NCBI GenBank assembly: GCA_964016885.1
Contig: OZ024742.1
Location: 26,164,001 to 26,228,000, forward strand
Direction: 5' to 3'
Origin: Eledone cirrhosa
Lineage: Eukaryota
Length of the DNA: 64,000 nt
The position numbers and the translations under genes were made by a program. Below, piece after piece: positions 37,569 to 51,130 of the stretch. The notes beneath the pieces are model-generated. The model ran no database searches, was not told the origin of the DNA, and saw nothing but the letters and a program-made list of their open reading frames with translations. Numbering within the stretch: the stretch's first letter is position 1; the number at the start of each line of letters is the position of its first letter.

Positions 37569-39633
37569 TGTATATATATATAGTGGTCATTTCGTATGGT
37601 CAACCTCGATGTAAAATTATGGAGAGTAATCGACGTAATGCAACTCACCCATCTTCGTTTGTGTTGTTGGTGGTGCGTGTACGGAGTTAATTATTATAAA
37701 GAATGCTCCAGGAAATGTCGAGCGCTTTCAGATGTAATAATGAACAGAGGCCCTGGCTCCAGTGTTCAGCTATCGCCTGAATGGGACTAACTACACACCA
37801 TTCGAATTTTGGCTGCATTAAGCTATGTCTACAGCCCACCCGGACCATGCATCGCTGCTCCCCTGTCGGGAATACTCAGACTCCGTCAGACATCATAGAT
37901 TCTTTAAAAAATCAACATATTCTACTATACCCTGTATTGTATTGATTGAATTCTCTATCATATATTTCAGGGCTTTTGAGATTCACATCGAAAATTTAGA
38001 CTCTAACATACACTAGGTATCATCTGATACCACTCCAACTCTTCCATCTTCTACATCTATATGTATAACATTGTTTTCTCCAACCGTGATATCTATTGTC
38101 CATTAACTGCACCTTGATCTGTATTTTATATCTTCTGTATTGATTTCTTCGATATGTTGTTTTATACTTCCATTTTACTCCCTCAATTACCACCCTAGGT
38201 ATGACTGCATTTTATTTATGCATTTTACTTATGTTTTTATGTATTTGCTTTAATCTCCTTATATACTTATCCTTGTACTCATTAGCACACGACCCTAGAA
38301 TATTACTCTCTGTACCCTTTATGTCTGTTTATCTGTATTCACTCCCCCTACCCACTCAAGAATCACACTACATATAACCCGGACTAACTGGGAACTAAAT
38401 ATAGTCAGTTTACACATTTCATCAGATTTTGCCACTTTTCAACTTCACATCCTGGGTATGAATAATTAATAATCATTTGGTACACACGATGATCCGAGGT
38501 ATGTGGCGGCTTTCCCGAGTGCACGCCATGCGCTCGGGTCCATCAGCCTTCCTAGAGTGCTTGGAAAAATTAAATTTCCCCTTCTTTCGGTAAGCGAAAA
38601 TACTCGGAACGGCTGTTTCGCCCTGGGGCCCAGTCAGTCAGACTTGTAATCCGGCGTGCAACCACATATTGACCGCTAAACAGTACCTTTAAATTCTAGA
38701 CTTAATCATAACTTTTAACTTTATCATGCCTCCTTCTAATAGCACTCAACTAAATCCCCCACTAGTGTGAATAACTAGTTATCATTTGGTATATACGATG
38801 GCGGACTACCCGCTAGCACACCCGACGATTAAGACAGTTAACGTTCCTGGTGTGCTCGGAAAAATATATTTCCCTTTCTTTCGCTAGAAAATAACTCGGA
38901 ACGGTTGACACGCAGTTGGGCTCCGGGCTGGTCGGGGGTCAAAAACGTCGCTGGTTAATGATCGCTAAGCATGGGCTTAATCTTTACTCTATATTCTACC
39001 CTTTAACTGTATCGTGACTATATATAATACATTTAAACTTTTTCATAAAAGCTTCCTTCTGTAAATTCTTTAACTAAATCTCCCAACTTTAAACCTAAAT
39101 CTTACTTTTCTAATTTCATCTTAAATGGCATCTTTTAACTCTAAACAAATTTAACGTTTCTAATTGGTAATCGTAATTTCTGACCATACACTATACTGTG
39201 CAGACGCCCTATATATAGCTTTGTTAAAGATATATGTTTTATGAAAAAATATTTTTCGCGGCACTTTCTAGCATTCCTGACCAACTTGAATGTAACCTGA
39301 TCTCACCGATCGCCTCTGTCTTTGACGGGGTGGTAGTAGTACACTATAAGCCTACGCACCTTCACCAGAAGGACATAATAAGACTTAATAATCATCACTT
39401 GAGGGCGGCTGACCGGGCTAGAAGCTGCTAAATGTTCGGCCGCCTACATGTCTTTGTTTTTCAGCCCCATGGATTTTGTCTATTATATTCCTTTGTTATA
39501 TTTCGAATAACTGATGATGTCACCGGATTCATACTGAACCCAGTCACTGGAATGAGCATAGTATAATAAAGCTTTTAAGGAATTACACCAGTCCAGCCTC
39601 CTGTTATTTTATAATTATAATATATATATATAT

Positions 39634-39706
<73 letters not shown>

Positions 39707-39708
<2 letters not shown>

Positions 39709-40533
39709 GGCGTCCCCCTTTATTTACGTGTCCCAACGACTTTTTTTAGCCGTTGTTCGCACCAACCCGAGACATATGGCCCTTAAAGCGATGAAATGCC
39801 CAGGACGGTTGGAGGGTCACTGATGAAGGACTCACTTTTTCATATGTATCCCATTTGCAACGCCGCAGCTCCATTATTATCATATTTACATATATATTTT
39901 TTCCATGCTGCCATTCGTGTTTCGTTTGTATCTTTACCCTTTCTAGCAGTCTCTCTCTCTGTTAGCCTCCTCCTCAACTTTCACTCACTCATTCTCTGTC
40001 ACTACCTCTCCACCTCCTCTTTCCTCCTCCTCCTTCAAGTTTGACCTGTGTGTAATTCTTTTCTCGCGCGGTCTTGACCAAGCTGGTATGGAATTTTTTT
40101 TCTCTCTCTCTTTCGTCTGCGACTTCACAAAACTTACGTTTACTGAATTCGTAGAACAGACCCCTTTATCTTCTTCTTCTTCTTCTTCTTCTTCTTCTTC
40201 TTCTTCTTCTTCTTCTTCTTCTTCTTCCTCTTCTCTCCTTTTTCTCTCTCTCTTCCCCCCCCCCGTCAAACTTGGGCGAAATTATATTCATAGAGATCTG
40301 GGACTTGTCTATTTCTACTCACTTTCCGTTGCTAAAACTTTTTTGTTGTAACTCTGGCGTCCCCCTTTATTTACGTGTCCCAAAGACTTTTTTTAGCCGT
40401 TGTTCGCACCAACCCGAGGCATATGGCCCTTAAAGCGATGAAATGCCCAGGACGGTTGGAGGGTCACTGATGAAGGACTCACTTTTTCATATGTATCCCA
40501 TTTGCAACGCCGCAGCTCCATTATTATCATATT

Positions 40534-40540
<7 letters not shown>
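39707..40540. repeat. (TA)n-flanked unit with ~187-bp terminal direct repeats
   Basis: 39707-39896 is repeated at 40354-40540 (period 647); internal (CTT)n. Confidence 0.85.
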
Positions 40541-40599
<59 letters not shown>

Positions 40600-41106
40600 A
40601 ACAAATATATATAAGTATGGTCCTATTGCTCATCCAATCTGGTGCAATGCGCTAGCTCAGTTCTCGCGATACTAAGAGTTTTGGGTTCAATTCCTCTCGT
40701 TCTAATGCCAATATGCCTCTGTACATTGCTCTTATAGTTCCTGTTATTAGGCTATATCTTGAAAACAAAACGTCGAAACCTACTACTTCAATTCAAGTTA
40801 TAACCCGCCCCCCTCCCCCCACACACCCACCCACACACACCCACACACACACAAACACACACACAGACACACACATATATATATATATATTTATTAACAT
40901 AACAGATTCAAGTTTAAGCAATGAATCGCTGATTTCACCCTTAACGGGAACTTCTGAAACTAAAAAAAAACAATCTATGAACGCAGAAGTAAATATGTCG
41001 AAAAACGTTGCAACTGAAGGAAAACAGGAAGACGATACTTTGGCTCGTCAAGACGTTCCCTGGCAATAAACGGAAAAAAAGCGAAGATAATACGTCATTA
41101 TTTGGA

Positions 41107-41292
41107 TTGGTGGATTGACAGTATCGGTAGAGGACCGGACGCCATGCTTTGATGCATAGAGTTACGGCCCTTTCAATTCTGAGTTCAAATTCCGCCGAAG
41201 TTATCTTTGCCTTTCACCCTTACGGGGTCGATAAAATAAAGTACTAGTAATGCACTGGGTATTTGCTGGCCTTGTGCCAAAAAGTATAAACA
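41107..41292 (+). mobile_element. tRNA-derived SINE with 10-bp target-site duplication
   Basis: B box GTTCAAATTCC; core GCCTTTCACCCTTACGGGGTCGATAAAATAAAGTAC (resembles the Meta/MESC SINE domain, from memory). TSD ATTATTTGGA at 41097-41106 and 41293-41302, inside a ~146-bp tandem dimer. Confidence 0.85.
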
Positions 41293-41588
41293 ATTATTTG
41301 GAGCGGTGAGAACAATTACACGCTAAGACAAAACCACGTTTATGGTAAAATTGAAGTCGTAGACAAATATTCTGTTGAGGTGGTTCGTGGAGACGTTCCC
41401 TGGCAATGAACGGGAAAAAAGCGAAGATAATACGTCATTATGTGGACCGTGGAGAACAATTACACGCAAAGAGGTAACCACGTTTATGGTATAAATGAAG
41501 TCGTAGACAAATATTCTATTCGAGCCGTCTTTGGATTTTGTATTCAAATGTATTATTATATATATATATTATATCTATATTTATTTAT

Positions 41589-41637
<49 letters not shown>

Positions 41638-41768
41638 TATTATATATATATATATATATATTTATTAAAATAATAGTTAATCTACGGTTCTTATATATTT
41701 GATATATATTTATCCTTATCGAGCCCTTTTTGGATTTTATTCTTCAAATTTATTATTATTACTATATG

Positions 41769-41815
<47 letters not shown>

Positions 41816-41884
41816 CTAGACACACACACACATATATGTATATATTCTACACACACATACGCACACACACACACACACACACAC

Positions 41885-41924
<40 letters not shown>

Positions 41925-41949
41925 CGGGTAAAATTCCCGAGATCCATGG

Positions 41950-42180
41950 ACGATTTCTCACCACCTGTCTCTGTCCCTCATCATTGCTGCCATGTATTGT
42001 ATCTCCAAGAGACCAGTGTCTTTCCCTAGGGCATCAACATATGTTAACCTTGGTCTCCATCTTTCATTGTGTCCATGCAGGGACACCTGCAGGAGCATTG
42101 ACTGTAGTTTAAACTCTGGATGTCGGTGAGCCTGTCCAGCTAACATCAGTCTCCTCTGTGCTACTTTTGATGGAGAAAAA
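41950..42180 (-). mobile_element. RTE-like LINE 3' end relic
   Basis: RPRLTYVDALGKDTG...MRDRDRW C-terminal motif. Confidence 0.6.
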
Positions 42181-42394
42181 TTATAGCAAGTTGAAGAACG
42201 TACGTAGATAGCAACATTTCGATTAATTCCGAGATTTCGTAATTCTAAATCAAGCTATATCATGAGTGCAAAACAGAATGGCAAATATGAAACACTCAAT
42301 CATCAATAGGATGTTTTATCTCACCAGACACGCATAAATGACTCGTCCCCATATCCCCAAAACAGATATTGAACGCACATGGTGAGGAAACGTA

Positions 42395-42570
42395 ATAATT
42401 GTTTCTACTTTTGGCACAAGGCCAGCAATTATTCCAGTGTATTACTAGTACTTTATCTATTTCGACCGCGTAATGTTGAAAGGCAAAGTTAACCTTGGCG
42501 GGCTTTGAACTCAGACCAGAAAGGACCGTAACTCTTTGCTGAAAAGCATGTTGTCCGTCCCTCTACCGAT
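42395..42570 (-). mobile_element. SINE (41107 family)
   Basis: Reverse-complement similarity to 41107-41292. Confidence 0.75.
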
Positions 42571-42976
42571 GAAGATACAGATAGGTCAACGGGGTTGCTA
42601 GAAATAGCAGTGGGTTTGGTCTACAAAGAATAAGCTCTACAAACATTTACTGTTAGCAGTGATGTCAACATGAATGGACCTGCTCTTTTTATCTATAGAC
42701 ATTATTTCCAATTCAGTAATACACTGGGTAATTGCTGGCCTTGTGCCTGAAGTAGAAACAATTATTTCCAATTCCAACACGCCCGTCCCTTCAATTTATC
42801 TTATATCTCAATTTGTTTTCTAATGAAGGATTAGCGTGCGAAACCTTAAGACCCTCTTCCTGCTATTTCATGCGTAAACCTAATATATCCCATCCATATA
42901 CTGTACCGATTGTGTTCTTACTTCAGTTTACATTTTACATACGCACACACATTTATATATATATATATATACACAC

Positions 42977-43095
<119 letters not shown>

Positions 43096-43124
43096 CATAT
43101 ATATACATATACAAACATACATAC

Positions 43125-43181
<57 letters not shown>

Positions 43182-43496
43182 GTATATACGAAATATATCA
43201 TTACTGTAATATGTTGAAAGTCTCTAATATAATATTCCTCAGTCTATAAAGATTTAAATAGCATTGCAGATAAAGCTTTATAGATATATACATAACTTTT
43301 ATTGAAAATATATACCTATCTGATTAGCTAACGGATAAATATCAGATCAAATTGATGAAAAAGCGTAAATCTCTAAAATATTAACGATAATGGAAGAAAA
43401 TTACTATTGGAAAATTTTCGCTTTTTATCATAATTGTCATTTCTGTTTGTTTTTACACCATTTTTTCTATCATTTTTCAATCTCATTCTATTTTGC

Positions 43497-43500
<4 letters not shown>

Positions 43501-43559
<59 letters not shown>
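43501..43559. repeat. (ATT)n microsatellite
   Basis: Read directly. Confidence 0.95.
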
Positions 43560-44539
43560 CGCTGTTGTTATTAGTAATATTATGTTACTATTAGCATTGT
43601 TGAATTTGTTGTTTTTATTTCATGGCAAATAGATTTTAATTTGAAGTGAATGCTAGAAATTGTGATTAATAATTATGAGTTGGATGCATTAGAAAATGGG
43701 GAAAAATATTTAAGAATACATTAGTATGTACCAAACATTTACTGACAAGGATCGCATTTAATTTCACGAGAAATGATAATAATGAGGATAAGGGTGCCCT
43801 TAATATTTATGTTGTGAGTGACTGGGGAAAGTAGATAGCGAAAGTGTGTCAAACCGTATGAAAATGTCCATTCTGTTGATATCTAGCCAATATTTCCAGC
43901 TTTTTTAACATCTACCCTCCCGAAACTTGTGAACAAAACGATAACATATGTTCCCTATTACCCAGCCTACCTCTCTCCGACGATGGAAAAGTCTTCGAAA
44001 CGTTGGTTATTTTCGCGCCAACACGTAATCAACTCACTAACTCTTGTATGAATTCTGCTGTTTAGAGACACAGCTCAAGGAACAGTTTCCACGGCTTCAG
44101 GAATATACTCTAACATATGAAACAGTGTTTGTTGTTAATCTGTTAATTCTAGTTTAATCACCTTATATAGATTCTGAATTTGCAACAGATTTAGGCTGTG
44201 TTAGGATGGCTACCATGGCCTTTTGATATCTCAGCTGTTGTCTATATATCCTTGATAAAAAATACTATATTAATCCGTTCCTATTTTGTAATTGTTGGTC
44301 CACTCAATATAGAGAAACTGTATGTAGTGACTCAATCCATATAGAAGCTCTCATTAGACCTGATATTAGGATTTGAATTCCTTATGATGTGTCAATCTAT
44401 GAGACATAGATAGATTAATTCATACTGACATTGAAATGTCCTAGTATATTGAAGCTACTATATGAAATATTTGTGATATCAGAGGTTTATGATATCTAAT
44501 AGTACCTATTACATCAGTGGTTTGTATTATTTATTGTGA

Positions 44540-44810
44540 CGGCACGTGACATAGAGGAAAATGAGATTGACTTACGATCATAATGTCATGGGTTCGATTC
44601 CTGGACTGAGTTGTGTGCTGTATTTTTGGACAAAACCTTTCATTTCACGATGTTCTGTATATTCAGCTAAAAAAAAGTAACAGCGAAATCTGTGGGTTTA
44701 ACACTGCAAGGAATTGTCCTCAGGGAACGAATCTTAAACTCTCAGTCGCTTCACGCTAGGGAACCCGATGTAAGCACTGGTCCGATGAAACTACAGGATT
44801 GAGATAGACT
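44540..44810 (+). mobile_element. SINE, second family, decayed
   Basis: GGGTTCGATTCCTGGAC B box; similar to the 37360-37568 element. Confidence 0.6.
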
Positions 44811-45027
44811 TTAGTAATTAATATCTATTGTTAACATAGCAACTGATTTATTATATTCAATAGTTGTGATGTTTGATAGGTTTTTATGTCACTGGCTCTG
44901 ACAACAAGCGTTTGTAGCATTAAATAATTGCCATACTAAGAGGGATATGATATCAATAGATGTATAATGAATACAGGAGAGAGTAACAACTTATTGCGTT
45001 CCTATCTGCTAAAAATACAATATCACA

Positions 45028-45140
45028 ATAATTGTTTCTACGTTTTGGCACTAGGCCAGCAATTACCCAGTGCATTACTCGTACTTTATTTTATCGACCC
45101 CGTAAGCATGAAAGACAAAGTTAACCTCGGCGGGATATGA
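45028..45140 (-). mobile_element. SINE 3' part (41107 family)
   Basis: Core TTTTATCGACCCCGTAAG on the plus strand. Confidence 0.75.
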
Positions 45141-45723
45141 AGTCTCCATGTACATTTGTATCAGTACAAGGTAAACAAGGTAAGTGTTTACTAATAATTT
45201 AAAAAAATATATACATATGGCCGACTCAACACACGCGTGTGTTTTTTTCTCCCCAAAGTTTTTTCTCATTTTCCCCGTTTCTTTCTCTCATCACTCATTA
45301 CATTCTATTTATCTTCTATCTTTAATTCTATCTTCCGATGAAAGAGTAGAGTCCGAAATGTTAAGACTCTCTTCCTGCGATTTAAAACGTTAAGCTATTA
45401 TATTTCTTCCATGTAGTATGCCGTTTGTTTTGTTATTTTTGTTATTTCTGTTTACCCTTTACACATATCGTGTCTTAACATTCCGATAATGTGAATGTAG
45501 AATTAAAGGACGCTAAAAGCAAGCTGTGTTGATAAGAGAGTGGAGTGAATCACATGGAAAGTTGTGTATCAAATTCAGAAACTAAAATTGATATACTATA
45601 TTGCTAAAGACTATATTTCTATAGAGACCATCCACACACACATACATATGTGAGTATGTATGTATGTGTATATATATATATATATATATATACGTATCTC
45701 TCTCTATATATATATACAAACAG

Positions 45724-45858
<135 letters not shown>

Positions 45859-46269
45859 TGTTATAGATTTTTATAAATCTATGTATGTGGGTGTAATTGA
45901 TAATGTATTTGTATGTTTATAATCAGGTTGTGAATTAAAACCTCTAGCCGAGTTGATCTTCGTTACCTGAATCTATTTACTGGTGTGTGTATTTTCACTG
46001 ATAAAACAAATCTTATCACTGAAATTAATCTTGTCTACTTAGTCATCCTTTAATGGATAATGAAACATCACATTTCTAAATTATTTCATACACCGATATC
46101 TACATCTGGTCATATAGCTAGTCTAGAACCAGCCGAAAAATATTGCCACAGTTAATGCCTTTTTTGACGTTCAAATCCCTTTGGATACGATTTAAATAGT
46201 TAACCTATTAGATACCATATGTTAAATACCAGTCGTCCTGCTGGGCTCAATTTATACAACTATTTTTTT

Positions 46270-46600
46270 TCTTCTTCTTAACTCCGTGTGTTTCGTGGGG
46301 ATGAAGTCCTCAAACACCATTTCCAGCGGATCCTTTCAAGAAGCAACCGTCTCCAATTGAGACCATGTTACTCGAGGTCTACCACTCGTTCTCTTGCCGG
46401 CTGGTTTTCTCTGTAAAACCTGTCCAGTGATTCATTGCTGAGACATTCTAACCACATGCCCATAATAACGGAGCTGTGATCTCTCATTTCGGAGAAGTAG
46501 CGGGTCTACCTACTCTATTAATTAACGTTATTCCAAAGACCCTTCGAAGGAACGCTATATCTGCCGATTGTATTCGCGACCGTATTCATTCGATAATCGT
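46270..46600 (-). mobile_element. RTE-like LINE 3' relic
   Basis: ERSQLRYYGHVVRM...GKRTSGRP on the minus strand. Confidence 0.65.
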
Positions 46601-46979
46601 TATTGTGGTATTTCACAGTAAATATGATAACCACTGGATCTCCTATTGTCTGTAGGATCTCACCAACGACCGCAAACGGAGCGTATAATCACGAATGTAT
46701 GTGAACTGCTTAACTAGGCTATCTATTGTAATAGAGTTATTATTGTTTCGAGATCTGTCTGCTCACGGCACCTTCTCACTGTTCGTAAGTACTTTATTTA
46801 TAGACCATGTAAGAATGAAAGGTAAAGTTAACCTCGGCGGGATATGAACTTTGGACAAAAAACTCAGAAGAAATACACTTAGCCTATTTATTCGACACTG
46901 TACCGATATTGACATTCCAACGCCCTCAAATAGAAATTAGATTATGAAAAAAGTGGGAAGGAAAAAGTGAAAGGGCACA

Positions 46980-47335
46980 TTCTAAATTTCTATATGGGTG
47001 ACATATATCTGCTATGGCACCTGGAGAGCATGGTGAAAGGGAGGGGTCAAATTCTAACGTGGGGCTGGGCGATATATTTCAGCTCTACCACGAGGAATAA
47101 ATGATGAAATGGAGGGGGGAATTTCTACATCTCTAGCTGGGCGATGTTCTTCAGCTCTCCCACACAGACTAAATGGTGAAAGAGAGAAAGAGAGGACGGA
47201 AATTAAACATCTTTGTCTGGGCAATATATTTCAACTCCTCTACAAGGAATAAATGGGGAAATGGATCGGGGAAAACTCTACAGTTTTGGCTGAGCGATAT
47301 ATTTCAGCTTCTCCGAATGGACTAAATGGTGAAAG
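46980..47335. repeat. Degenerate minisatellite, ~5-6 units of ~60-80 bp
   Basis: Recurrent CTGGGCGATATATTTCAGCT...AAATGGTGAAA. Confidence 0.75.
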
Positions 47336-47727
47336 TATTGCCGTGGAGAACAACCAATGACAGCCATTCGAGCCCACGGATTTCCTTCTTGAGACAGGAC
47401 GTACTACTCCCGATTTTGCGGAGGTAAATGACAGCCGTGTGACAGATGATACCAGATGTCACGACGACATTTGACAAAGTGCCTGTGTTTGTAGCCGACA
47501 ACAACATTTAGTTAGGTAAAATTGTTGTAGAGAGCAGTAAGTAGCTAAGTAAATAGAGTGAATTGTATTGTACCGAGGTGAGCGTCATTACCGCAATTGT
47601 GTCTCACCAATTTCTCACAGATTTCAAAACAACGGATATTTCCACAGGCTGTTCAGTAGTGTAACTATTTAGCTATCAGCGGCCGAATGTCTGATTGAGA
47701 TGTTGTAAACAAATAGAACGTTCAGAG

Positions 47728-47750
47728 TGATGATGATGATGATAATGATA

Positions 47751-47803
<53 letters not shown>
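47728..47803. repeat. (GAT)n microsatellite
   Basis: Read directly. Confidence 0.95.
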
Positions 47804-47805
<2 letters not shown>

Positions 47806-48720
47806 CGGCGACCATGATAATGATGATGGTCTTGAAGGTGACGGTGACGGTGATATCGATGTTGATGGGGGGGGGGGCATTAGGATATGTGAATAAAGGG
47901 GACAAGAAGAAGAAATAGGATACGAATTCTGATGAAGATGATGACGGTTATGGTGATAATGAAAACGATGGCGCTTTTCATCGCGTTTTATGGCGACGAA
48001 GATGATAATGTTCATGATGGTGATTCAGATAATGATTAGTAAAATTGTAATTATTGCTCGTGTAAATGATGATAGGTGAACGTGTCAAAAGAATACTGTT
48101 TATGGTAGCAAGGGTGTCATAGTCAGACGGTGTAGTTAAAATATTAATAATTTGGGGTACATCCAAAGTGACCCAGCATCCTTCCAATCGTTCCACCACC
48201 TTTCCGATGACAAGCTAATAAATTGAAGCTGTCACTTGTAAATGTCCAGTGAATTGAAAACTCAATGATATCAAATGTAGCTAGAAATTATGGTTAATTT
48301 GTTAAGTAAATTGCAACAGACACTAAAATCACAATAAATCTATTAACATCTCATAGAAAATCTTCAAGCAATTATAATGATTAAAATTTCTTGGCCAGCA
48401 ATATTCAGCTGAGTAGTGAAGTGGGAAATAAGATCGTGATATGTGAGGTCTTTTGTGACTTGTGTTCGATTCTACTTTAACAATTTTTCTCCTTGTGTTT
48501 GTTGTTAATACTATTGTTTCATCTTAGGTTATTATTCATTACGTAGACCTATGTTAAAAGTGTTTTCCTGTTGCGGACACACTATATTGTATTTTTTTTC
48601 TTTACAATGTGAAGTGTATCGAGAAATACATCATCTAAAAAATATTTTTGTGCTAGAATGACGTTTATTTGAGGGCAGTACAACTACTCTTTTTAGCATC
48701 ACAAAGAGCTCAGTGAAATT

Positions 48721-48996
48721 GTGAAGAGGAAACTAATTGGAAGAAGCTTGATTATAGCAATTAATGCAAGATCTCTTTCAGTGATAAGGAATGGAGCTAG
48801 TCTTATAGACTGGATCAAATTGGAGCTCCAAATAATGGATAGGAAAACCAGACATTTGTTGACCATGCGTAGTGTCCATCACCCAAGAGCAGACGAGAAC
48901 CGGCTGTACATGAAGTATAGAGATGGAGGTCCAGGATGTATTTGTGACGGAGACTGTGTGAGCATGGAAAAGAAAAGCCTCAATGATATAGTATGA
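48721..48996 (+). pseudogene. R4/Dong-like non-LTR retrotransposon RT fragment
   Basis: IIAINARSLSVIRNGA..DWIKLELQIMDRKTR..HPRADENRLY..RDGG resembles the post-RT region of R4/Dong elements. Confidence 0.65.
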
Positions 48997-49479
48997 AACA
49001 ATAAAAGCCAGTGTGAATATTTGGTAGGGTGTGCTTCGTCCGAGCCGGTAACCACACTGTTCGTTAGATAGCTTGGACTCGACAATGTTATTGATGCAAC
49101 AAGGAGGTTAAAGGTGCCATCCGATACAAATGTGTTGTACAAAGCTTGGCCTGGAAATAAGTCTTACCTTTTTGCAATCGTGCTGCAAATGTTGTAGCTG
49201 AGACATTAAAGGTAGCCAAAGTTAATAGAAGGGAGAACTTAAGGGTTAAGCTGGAATACGACTTTAGACCAATTTATGAATTATTTTGGTAAACTATCCA
49301 CCAATTTCGTAATATGAAGTCCCTTCTACACCTGATAACAGGAACTCGTCTCAGGTTCCTCTCCCTGAAGAGAGGGGTGTCCTCGTGAATTGACGAGAAT
49401 ACTTTACTGGTTTCCTAAATCCGGTCAAAACAATATCTTCTGATGTACTTCATCTACATCAGAAGATATTGTTTTGACC

Positions 49480-49742
49480 GGATGCCAAAACATATCTTCT
49501 GGAGGTTCCAGTCACCATAGCAATTAAATCATTCAAATAAGGCAAGGCATCAGTTGAGGATGACATTTGGACCACGATATTAAACGCCTTGAATAGAGGA
49601 GTTATGCTGTGGCTGCCTCGTGTGTGCCGGGTGGCCTGGATCTATGGAAAGATATCAAATTAATGCAATCAATCCTAATTTTCAGGAAGCGAGACGAGAG
49701 AGGAACTATTCTAATGATAGAGGGATCTCCTTGTTAACCCAC
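49480..49742 (+). pseudogene. RTE-like RT N-terminal relic
   Basis: IAIKSFK*GKASVEDDI..MLWLPRVCRVAW..RGISLL. Confidence 0.6.
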
Positions 49743-49964
49743 GCCGATATTTTCTTTGCTGAGTAATTGTCAAAGAATTAGCCGGAAATGAAGGCCAATA
49801 TATTAATTAAAAATAGAAAGGTCTATATAAGGCAAAGTTGAACAAATCTAGCTAGAACAAAACATTATTTGGGGCTTAAAACATCAAATGTATTTAAATG
49901 AATATTCAAATGAATATTCATATAATCGTGAAACTCATATCATTTCATTATTGTCGCTTAAGCT

Positions 49965-51130
49965 GAAATGCCGCCGAAGTTAACTTTCCTTTTCATCCTT
50001 AGGGAGTCGATAAAACAAAGTACCAGTAACACACTGTGGTCGATTTAATGGACTTTCCCTACACCCTAAATTATTGGCCTTGTATCTAAATCAGAAACCA
50101 TTATTTTTAATGTGGCTAGAAGAAGGGATTTGATTGGCAGAATCGGTAGAGCGTACGGTGGAATGTTTGTTTTCCCGCTTAACGTTCTCTATTCAAATCA
50201 GATTCGGTTTAACTTGACCTTCCATTGTTGGTATGTCAGTAAAATACAGTACTAGTTAAATACTCGGGTAAATATAATCTAAAGTCCCCTTCACTTCAAT
50301 TGCTGGCTTTTTACTGATGTTATAAAGAATCATTGTTGCTAGAGCGTGGCACGATCGGTAGAGCGTCGGACAAAATATCTTGCGGTATTTAGTTATGGTT
50401 TTCTACGAGCTGAGATGACATCTCACCTTTTATATTTCTGGGATCGATAACATAAAGTGCCAGTGACCAAGAGGTGTAAAGTAATCGATATTCTCCTTCC
50501 TCAATTTTTCACCATGTATCTACATTAGGAATAATCATTATTAATGTAGATTCGCAGTATCGGTAGAGGGTCTGACACCATGGTTTGCAGCAAAGAGTTA
50601 CGGTCCTTGCCATTCTGAGTTCAAATGCCACCGAGGTTAATTTTGCTTTTCATCCTTACGGGGTCGATAAAATAAAGTACCAGTAATGCACTGGGCAATT
50701 GCTGGCCATGTTCCAAAAGTAGAAAGAATTATTAATGTAGATTCAGTGGATAGAAGACTGGCAGTATCTGTAGAGCGTCACTTTATGGCATTGGGTACCG
50801 GCACTCGACTTGCTGAGTTCAAATCCCGCTGAGGTTAGCTTTGCCTTTCATAGATATGATACAGTACCGCATTGGTGTATATTTAATCGACTTTCTCCTT
50901 CCCCAAAATTATTGACCTCCTGATAATGTTGGTTTCTTATATAGGCACAAGGCCAGTAATTTTGGGGGAGGGTAAAGTTGCTTAAATCGACCCAGTGCGT
51001 GACTGGTACTTTATTTTATCGACGCCATAAGGATGAAAAGCAAAGTTAACCTCGGCGGGATTTGAACTCAGATCATAAAGAGCTGCAAAGCATGGCGTCA
51101 TACCCTCTAACGATACTGCCAATCCACCAC
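49965..51130. mobile_element. Cluster of ~6 SINEs: five head-to-tail on plus, one on minus at 50923-51130
   Basis: Repeated TGGCAGxATCGGTAGAG heads and CTTTCATCCTTACGGGGTCGATAAAAT cores. Confidence 0.8.

Noticed and set aside
40645-40695. tRNA gene
   Set aside because: Only partial A/B-box similarity and no cloverleaf; probably a SINE head remnant.
46980-47335. CRISPR-like array
   Set aside because: Units are homologous along their whole length with no unique spacers, in a eukaryotic context; this is a minisatellite.
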